DNA of 64,000 bases from Bdellovibrionales bacterium (GTDB lineage: Bacteria; Bdellovibrionota; Bdellovibrionia; Bdellovibrionales; UBA1609): assembly GCA_965200875.1 (NCBI GenBank), contig OZ241456.1, forward strand, positions 1,568,001 to 1,632,000, given 5' to 3'. The position numbers were made by a program, and so were the translations under genes. Under the pieces are notes generated by a model. That model saw only the letters and a list, made by a program, of their open reading frames with translations. It was not told where the DNA came from and did not search any database. Shown here piece by piece: positions 57,318 through 64,000 of this stretch. Position 1 is the first letter of the stretch. Each line of letters begins with the position of its first letter.

Positions 57318-58301
57318 ATGAAAAGTTTATTTTGGCATTATCCCCGTAAATGGGGTTTATCCGTTTTTAGATTTTTATCCGCCAAAAAATACTGGCTTTT
57401 GATCCTGACAGGAGCTTACTGTATTGCAGACTTGGTTGTGATTAGTTTACATCCTGTCTTCCTGTTGGATAAAGCTCCTCTGCCTGTCCTTAGCCGTTCT
57501 TCACGACAAAAGACTGATGGAGTAGAATCACAATATATGCCTATATGGGACTTAAATATGTTCCACAACGAAGAAATACCTATTGAAGACATTGTGCAAA
57601 ATGACACACCTCAAAAGTCCCGCCTGCCTCTCCAGCTAAATGGCGTTATTGTTTACAGAAACTCAAACTACTCCATCGCCAGTATCACGCTAAAAGACCA
57701 AAATTTATCTGGAGCATACCGCGTAGGGGAACAAATAGAAAAAACAGATACTATAAGCAAAGCGTCTAAAGTGCTGGCCCGCATCACAAAAATAAGCCCT
57801 GACAGAGTGTATTTTATCAATTTCATGAATAATCAAAGTGAATATATAGAGTTAAAAAAATCGCGTCAAATGACATTTGATTCAAAAACCACTGCTAAAA
57901 ACACCAGTAACAGTTTCTTAAAACCAACCGGAGATTTTCAATTTCAGGTTAAACGGTCCGATGTAAATAAGCATTTGCGCAACTTGGACAACATACTGCG
58001 GGATGCCAAAGTAGTGCCTCACAGGGAAAATGGACGATTAATCGGCTGGCGATTTGAATATATCAAGAAAGGAAGTATTTTTGAAAAGTTTGGCTTTCAG
58101 GAATCTGACATACTAACATCCGTCGCCGGCGAATTGCCAAAATCTCACATACACGCCGCAGAATTGTTTCATAAGTTTAGCAACTCCCTTTCAAAATTGG
58201 ATATAATGGTTCACAGAAAAGGAAAGGATATTCCGTTTTCTTGGAATGTTAATGAAGATGTCGCGAAAGAAAAACCGCCAGCCAGCCGTTATATTTACTG
58301 A
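57318..58301 (+). CDS. gspC: Type II secretion protein C with PDZ domain
   Basis: N-terminal TM, LPLQLNGVIV HR domain, GWRFEYIKKGSIFEKFGFQESDIL PDZ; upstream of a secretin. Confidence 0.85.
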   Translation: MKSLFWHYPRKWGLSVFRFLSAKKYWLLILTGAYCIADLVVISLHPVFLLDKAPLPVLSRSSRQKTDGVESQYMPIWDLNMFHNEEIPIEDIVQNDTPQKSRLPLQLNGVIVYRNSNYSIASITLKDQNLSGAYRVGEQIEKTDTISKASKVLARITKISPDRVYFINFMNNQSEYIELKKSRQMTFDSKTTAKNTSNSFLKPTGDFQFQVKRSDVNKHLRNLDNILRDAKVVPHRENGRLIGWRFEYIKKGSIFEKFGFQESDILTSVAGELPKSHIHAAELFHKFSNSLSKLDIMVHRKGKDIPFSWNVNEDVAKEKPPASRYIY

Positions 58302-58404
58302 CAAATAAATAAGGATGGGAAGTTTTTGGCACTCATTATAAATAAGTGTGGTCTTTGGGGTGTAAATGCTTTACGCTCATTAAAACAGCAAGGATGCTTT
58401 CAAT

Positions 58405-61086
58405 ATGTGCACTATATTTTTTAAAAACCGCAGTTCCGGTATGTTCCTAGCCAAGGGTATAAGGTCAAAACACTCGCCTTTTTCCAAAAAATCCATTTGG
58501 TTTGTTGCTCTTTTTTTCACTTTTTTCACAGCAAAAGCCTACTGTCTGAAAGGGGATATAATCAAACTTCCCGGTAAACGCCCCCCTATTACTGGAGAGA
58601 AAACAGGTGTGGAGATTTCCAAAGCAAAAGTGGAGAATATTACTTCCCAAAATTACCCCGGCCTGATTGAAAGTTTTGAATTTAATGCTCCGTTAAGAGA
58701 TGTTATAAAAACCATGAGCAAGTTTTTAAACATGAATATCATTCTTGGCCCTAGTATAGGTGCTGAAAGAATCGAAATTATCTCCCACTCCCCTATTACT
58801 GTCGCGGAAGCGTATAAGGCGTTTCTTTCCGCTTTGGCTATACAAAATTTAACAATAATCAAAAGTGGTTCCTTTCTTAAAGTCATCAAAAAGGAGTTCG
58901 CCCTCAGAAGCAACTTAAGAGTATACAAGGGTAAAAAAAGCATCAACGCGGATCAATTTCTCACGAGAATTATCAAATTAAAACATATTGACGCCAGCTC
59001 TTTACAGGACAAAATGAAACCATTTATTGATGACAAGGCTGTAAGCTCCCTGATTTTTTATCCTCCCTCAAACACAGTAATTATCTCCGGTTATGGTTCA
59101 AATGTGGAAAAAGTGAGAACAATTATTACAGGCATTGACACTCCTAGTGAGGATTTTACCCTTCGGGTTTTTCGTCTAAGAATCGCACAGGCAAATACAA
59201 TAGCAGAAATCATTAAAGACATTATTAAAAATCTGACACCAACAGGTTCCAGGAGAAGATATTATGGTTCCATGAAAAACAAAAGTCAGGGTATAAGCCA
59301 GTTGCTAAATATCCAATCTGTATCCCACGATGAAAGAACAAACTCCATTATAGCGATGGGACATCCAACAGCTCTTGAAAAACTAGGAGCACTTATAAAG
59401 ACACTGGATTCCGATGAAAATACCAAAATGTCAGCGCAGATTCATGTATACAAGGTAAAATACGGCAAAGCGGGAGAATTATCAAATACCTTGAACCAAA
59501 TATTCCGGGAGAGTTCTTCTTCCAAAGATAAAAGCACCACAAAACTAAAATCCGGGAGTTCCAAAAAAGGTAGCTCAGCCAAGCCTAATACTGTCTTGGC
59601 ACAGGCTTTTAAAGATGTAAAAATCATCCCGGAAGAAAACACAAACAGCCTCTTTATTGTATCCAACACAGCTAATTATGAAGTGGTGAAAACAATTTTA
59701 AATAAAGTGGATATTTCAAAAAATCAAGTGTTTGTAAAAGCTATCATCATGGCATTGAGCACAGATCGAAGTAATGAGTGGCAAATGGCCAATTACTTCT
59801 TTCCAAAAGATGACCAGGGAAAGGGAATCGCTCGTATTGGATATGGCCTCAGCAATTTAGCGGATGTGTTTTCCTTCAGCGAAGGAGCCACTTTGTTTTT
59901 TCCTTTATCATTGTTCTTTAAGGGGAATCTTTTTGGAACAGCTACTGACAGCAGAACAGATATTTCTTCCTTATTCAGAATGAACAACTCGGCAAATGCC
60001 GGTGTCAGCTCTCCACAAGAAATAAAAGTGCCATCTTTATCTTCTTTCGTAAAGTTTTTGCAAAGAACAGTTGGAGCCAATATCCTTTCCACTCCACAAA
60101 TCATGGCCTTGGATCATACACCGGCAGAGGTCTCAATAACAGATAAAATCCCTAGCTATGGCTCAAGACCAGCTACAACATCCAACGTATTTGGTCAAGT
60201 ATCTCCAAATATCGAGTATCAGGATGCTGAAACCCTCCTGAAAATCACTCCTCATATTGCTCCTGATGTGGACTCCATACAGCTGGATATTGAACAAAAA
60301 ATTGATAGCGTAGTAGGATCAGCAAATATCCCTGCTGATCTTAAAAACACCAATATAGCCATCAAAAAAAGGACAATCAAGACTTCCATTACTTTAAAAG
60401 ACAGAGAAACCGCGGTTTTAGGAGGTATGGTTAAAGAGGAAAGTACCAAAACCAACTCAAAAATTCCCATTTTAGGAGATCTTCCCCTTATTGGATGGTT
60501 ATTCAAAAACTCCTCTACGGACATAAAAAAATCCAATCTCATCGTTTTTATTACGCCTCATATTATCCACTCAGCAGAGGAACACCAGACTATCTTAAGC
60601 AGTAAATTAAAGGAAAGAATGAAATTCATCCGTCAATTTACCGGTAATGCAGATCCCTATCAGGAAATCACTGAAAAAATGCTAAAGAAATCAGAGGATT
60701 CAATACAGGAAAGAGACGACCCTCTTCCTGAGTTTGAACAAGACGAAAACTCCATTTATGAAGATCCTGGCGCGAATGCGGAAGAGGTACCCACGACAGA
60801 AGAAACGAAACAGTCAGAAAATTATTATTATTATGATGACGACGAGTATTACAGTGAAGATGAATACAGTGAAGAAACGAAACAGGACAATTATGGCAAT
60901 ACCCCTAAAGACAACTTTTCTCCAGAGACGGAAAATAATATAACATCATCCCGGCAGAATATTGAGCAAAATACCGAAGAACCGGCAGAATCCGAAGAAG
61001 AAACTCCAGACTCTATAGAAATAAAAGGAGATTGGGGACCTATGAAGACAGAACCTGTTACAGAAGGAGTGGAGGAGCTTGAATAA
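58405..61086 (+). CDS. gspD: Type II secretion secretin D with acidic C-terminal extension
   Basis: N0-N3 repeats (DERTNSII, NTNSLFI), QVFVKAII, NILSTPQI, KIPILGDLPLIGWLFK, LIVFITPHII; start uncertain. Confidence 0.92.
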   Translation: MCTIFFKNRSSGMFLAKGIRSKHSPFSKKSIWFVALFFTFFTAKAYCLKGDIIKLPGKRPPITGEKTGVEISKAKVENITSQNYPGLIESFEFNAPLRDVIKTMSKFLNMNIILGPSIGAERIEIISHSPITVAEAYKAFLSALAIQNLTIIKSGSFLKVIKKEFALRSNLRVYKGKKSINADQFLTRIIKLKHIDASSLQDKMKPFIDDKAVSSLIFYPPSNTVIISGYGSNVEKVRTIITGIDTPSEDFTLRVFRLRIAQANTIAEIIKDIIKNLTPTGSRRRYYGSMKNKSQGISQLLNIQSVSHDERTNSIIAMGHPTALEKLGALIKTLDSDENTKMSAQIHVYKVKYGKAGELSNTLNQIFRESSSSKDKSTTKLKSGSSKKGSSAKPNTVLAQAFKDVKIIPEENTNSLFIVSNTANYEVVKTILNKVDISKNQVFVKAIIMALSTDRSNEWQMANYFFPKDDQGKGIARIGYGLSNLADVFSFSEGATLFFPLSLFFKGNLFGTATDSRTDISSLFRMNNSANAGVSSPQEIKVPSLSSFVKFLQRTVGANILSTPQIMALDHTPAEVSITDKIPSYGSRPATTSNVFGQVSPNIEYQDAETLLKITPHIAPDVDSIQLDIEQKIDSVVGSANIPADLKNTNIAIKKRTIKTSITLKDRETAVLGGMVKEESTKTNSKIPILGDLPLIGWLFKNSSTDIKKSNLIVFITPHIIHSAEEHQTILSSKLKERMKFIRQFTGNADPYQEITEKMLKKSEDSIQERDDPLPEFEQDENSIYEDPGANAEEVPTTEETKQSENYYYYDDDEYYSEDEYSEETKQDNYGNTPKDNFSPETENNITSSRQNIEQNTEEPAESEEETPDSIEIKGDWGPMKTEPVTEGVEELE

Positions 61087-61293
61087 ACAACTTAATGAGT
61101 AATAATATTCACTCTTGCTATGTAAATATTTCAATTTCTAAAAAAAACCATAATTATCATTGTTCCCACACTCAATGGTTGCATAAAAAACACAGTTACA
61201 ATACAATCCAATAAAAACCAAACTGATTTTAATCCCCGGTTTTTAAGCTGGCTCTTCCTGAGATAAAGTTTAAGCCCAAAAAGGAGTTATATA

Positions 61294-62364
61294 ATGAAAT
61301 GTTTTTCACTAATTTTAATGATCGCATTCAGCCTGCTAAATGTGTCTTGCATACATAGCTTTCACCACAGAAAATATAAAAAAGACAGCCTAGCTGTGAT
61401 AGCTCCTGTAAATGGCAGTAAAGTGGAAGGTTGGGTACGTTTTCGCAAAATGGATTGTGGACAAACATTAATAAAAGCCAAAATTACAGGATTGACACCC
61501 CATAAAAAACACGGATTTCATATCCATAAATATGGGGATTGCCGGGAAAATGGCAAATACGCAGGTTCCCACTTCAATCCTCATGACTATGAACATGGTT
61601 CGCTTGATGATGAAGAAAGGCATCTGGGTGATATGGGAAATCTGATTGCTGATAAAAATGGAGTGGCTTTTTACAAGGAAATAGTGGATATATGCCCGCG
61701 AAAAATCACAGGTCGTTCAATCATTATCCACGCCAACGAAGACAATTTAACTTCTCAACCTACCGGCAATGCCGGTCCCTATATTGGCTGTGGTATCATT
61801 GGATATGTAAAACCGCTAAAACAAAAAGCAGAGCTATCCCAACAACAAAGTCATATCATCAAAAAAACAGGAGAATTTCAGTTTCAGGTTAATCGATCTG
61901 ATGTAAATAAGCATTTAACAAAGCTATCTGAAGTATTGAAAGATACAAAGTTAGTGCCCTACAAAGAAAAAAAACAAGTTATCGGTTTTCGTTTTGAATA
62001 TATTAAAAAAGGAAGTGTTTTTGATCAACTGGGGTTTAAAGAATCTGACATTGTTATATCCATATCCGGGCAAGAGATAAAATCTGCCTCTCAATTTGGC
62101 AAATTATTTAAAAAAGCTCAAAAACAGTCCAGAGTGGATATAGTAGTAAAAAGAGGTGAAAAAGAAATTAAGTTTTCTTGGTCTATAAAAGAAGATGTGT
62201 CAATAGTGACAGAACCAACATCATCGGACCAAGAATTGGAAGAAGAGTTAAACAAAGTGGAAGAACCTCAAACAACAATCCCACAAGTTAAAAAAACAAG
62301 TGCAAAAAGCCCAACAGAAAAATCCGAATCAGATACAAAACAAAAAACACCACCTCAAGAATAG
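61294..62364 (+). CDS. sodC: Cu/Zn superoxide dismutase-family lipoprotein fused to a GspC-type PDZ domain
   Basis: Lipobox-like LNVSC; HGFHIH, GSHFNP, H..RHLGDMGN, IIIHANED; then TGEFQFQVNRSDVNKHL...GFRFEYIKKGS. Confidence 0.82.
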   Translation: MKCFSLILMIAFSLLNVSCIHSFHHRKYKKDSLAVIAPVNGSKVEGWVRFRKMDCGQTLIKAKITGLTPHKKHGFHIHKYGDCRENGKYAGSHFNPHDYEHGSLDDEERHLGDMGNLIADKNGVAFYKEIVDICPRKITGRSIIIHANEDNLTSQPTGNAGPYIGCGIIGYVKPLKQKAELSQQQSHIIKKTGEFQFQVNRSDVNKHLTKLSEVLKDTKLVPYKEKKQVIGFRFEYIKKGSVFDQLGFKESDIVISISGQEIKSASQFGKLFKKAQKQSRVDIVVKRGEKEIKFSWSIKEDVSIVTEPTSSDQELEEELNKVEEPQTTIPQVKKTSAKSPTEKSESDTKQKTPPQE

Positions 62365-62394
62365 TGAGAGCTACTTAGTGGGTTCTGAATATTT

Positions 62395-63372
62395 TTATAC
62401 AGTAAAAAACAAATAGAAAAGAGGGATAGAGAGGTGTACTTGGCAGACATCGTAAAAATCAGTACATATATTGGTAATCTCTCTTATATTTAAATTGTAA
62501 TCACTTTCATCTTTTTTAGGACCACAATGCACAATTAAATAATTATCAGAGCAATATTCATCCTGAGTTCCGGATTTTTTATAAACTCCCTGAATTGTCT
62601 GTGTGTAATAAGAGCAACCATCTGGACAATATTTATCCTCCAAAGATGAATTGTCCATCAGTAAATCCTTCGACAAATCCGAAAAATCATCCAAAGAAAC
62701 ACAAAGGTTTTCAGAAGAGGTGTTTGCTTGCTGATCAACAGCTAAACAAGAGGGGATTTTTTTAAGATCTCTTTCACATTCACTGTTTGACCTTTTACCA
62801 CAATAAGCTATCAGTCTTTCATCATAAGACATATTTGTATATTCACACAAAATAAGTTTTCCTTTGTGCGCACGAACTTGAAAAGTTCTGGGGCTTTTGT
62901 CCGTAGTGGAGTAATCAGCATAAATCTCAAATACATCCTCTTTGTCTGAAACTCTTTCCACAGAGTCATCAATAGAGATAGCTTTAAAATCTATGGTTTT
63001 ATTTTTTTTACAGCTGTTTTCTTCCACAACAGCCGGATAAGAGGTAACCTGAAGGGTATAATTGTCTCTCCCAGCCTCCTGATACTCTGTATGCTTATCC
63101 TCAATACTGTTTGTTAAATCCCGATTAAAAAAAGACATGGTTTTAACAGATCTGATAACATCGTTAGACTGTAAGCTCGCGAACACATTGGTATTGCTTA
63201 TTTTTCTCAATAAATCATCTCTTTGCATGGCTGTACGCAAATCCGCATCGACACAGGCGATGTCACGAACTTCCTGGATAAGAAGGGGAGGGGCACATGT
63301 GTTGCCTCCAGCACTGCTTACAGACAATGTGCAAAATCCCATAAAAATATATATGTACACTTTATGACACAT
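62395..63372 (-). CDS. Cys-rich exported hypothetical protein
   Basis: 325 aa, signal-like N-terminus, many Cys, RBS GGGAG. Confidence 0.7.
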   Translation of the reverse strand: MCHKVYIYIFMGFCTLSVSSAGGNTCAPPLLIQEVRDIACVDADLRTAMQRDDLLRKISNTNVFASLQSNDVIRSVKTMSFFNRDLTNSIEDKHTEYQEAGRDNYTLQVTSYPAVVEENSCKKNKTIDFKAISIDDSVERVSDKEDVFEIYADYSTTDKSPRTFQVRAHKGKLILCEYTNMSYDERLIAYCGKRSNSECERDLKKIPSCLAVDQQANTSSENLCVSLDDFSDLSKDLLMDNSSLEDKYCPDGCSYYTQTIQGVYKKSGTQDEYCSDNYLIVHCGPKKDESDYNLNIREITNICTDFYDVCQVHLSIPLFYLFFTV

Positions 63373-63422
63373 AATTTTCGTACTCCCTAAAATAAACTAC
63401 AGGACATCAAACCTAATGAAAC

Positions 63423-63451
63423 TTATCGGTAATTTTTCAACTTGGCTTTTA
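63423..63451 (-). promoter_or_regulatory. Possible sigma28-type promoter
   Basis: ACCGATAA -10 element on the minus strand; -35 spacing is imperfect. Confidence 0.35.
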
Positions 63452-63662
63452 AAAATTTTCAACAACAAAAGTAAACTATCATATTGTCTGGGAAAAATGC
63501 CAATTTTGCTTTAAATTGTATCAAATATTTGACAATATTTCATATTGGACCTAAAAAATATCCCCTTTAATTAAGACTAAAGATGTATGCAGTTTTAAAC
63601 GAGAGGATATAAATGCCGGATTCAAACAAAGAACCAGTCACGCAAGCAGATTTTGCATTATT

Positions 63663-63789
63663 TAGTGGTCTGTGAAAAAGTATGTTATTTTGACTGGATT
63701 CCCGTTTTCACGGGAATGACACCCCTTGGGAAAGTACATGAAAAAAGAGTGTGATAATTGAAATACAAAAGGTTTTTCACGGACTACTA
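63663..63789. mobile_element. Family A copy, reverse orientation, with intact REP-like hairpin
   Basis: tagtggtctgtgaaaaa ... ctggattcccgttttcacgggaatgac ... tttttcacggactacta. Confidence 0.85.
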
Positions 63790-63791
63790 AT

Positions 63792-64000
63792 TTAGTCGGG
63801 ACTGGCTGAAGGCTTATCTGGCTCTGACTTTTCTGCTGGAGTGGGTTTCTCAGGACTGGCTGAAGGCTTATCTGGCTCTGACACTGCTTCTGACTTGGGT
63901 TTTTCAGGACTGGCTGAAGGCTTATCTGGTTCTGACACTGTTGCTGGCTTGGGTTTTTCAGGACTGGCTGAAGGCTTATCTAGTTCTGACTTTTCAACTG
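63792..64000 (-). CDS. 3' end of a CDS with 18-aa Pro/Ser/Glu/Lys tandem repeats (54-bp period)
   Basis: Open frame VEKSELDKPSASPEKPKPATVSEPDKPSASPEKPKSEAVSEPDKPSASPEKPTPAEKSEPDKPSASPD*. Confidence 0.8.
   Translation of the reverse strand, partial: VEKSELDKPSASPEKPKPATVSEPDKPSASPEKPKSEAVSEPDKPSASPEKPTPAEKSEPDKPSASPD

Noticed and set aside
63792..64000. 54-bp periodic repeats resembling a CRISPR array
   Set aside because: The intervening segments resemble each other, the period is a multiple of 3 with an open Pro/Ser/Glu/Lys frame, and no cas genes are present

Overview
AT-rich bacterial chromosome segment. Gene content and order (pilT-recX-alaS, cinA-recA, metK-RHH-lepA-lepB, gspC-gspD, many orphan Cys-rich exported proteins) suggest Bdellovibrionota; this is an inference. 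Housekeeping blocks at about 0.1-22.4 kb and 44.7-61 kb flank an approximately 19 kb anti-phage defence hotspot (22.4-41.2 kb) with no visible integrase. The hotspot holds a type III-like RM system with a DUF1828-like gene, an unrecognised four-gene KTSC / GIY-YIG / small protein / RloC-like SMC-ATPase-HEPN operon, two Rpn nucleases, a TIR-STAND NTPase broken by one in-frame TAG, a DprA + PRTase pair and a type II RM pair. Two tRNAs (Ser-GCT, Arg-ACG) are present. Two related dispersed repeat families fill the intergenic space: a modular MITE-like element and a structured palindromic element showing base-pair covariation. Notable outside the island are a LepB homologue that has lost both catalytic residues and carries a phage baseplate-J-like insertion, and a Cu/Zn SOD lipoprotein fused to a copy of the neighbouring GspC PDZ domain. 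All family calls come from motif recognition by eye; no searches were run.
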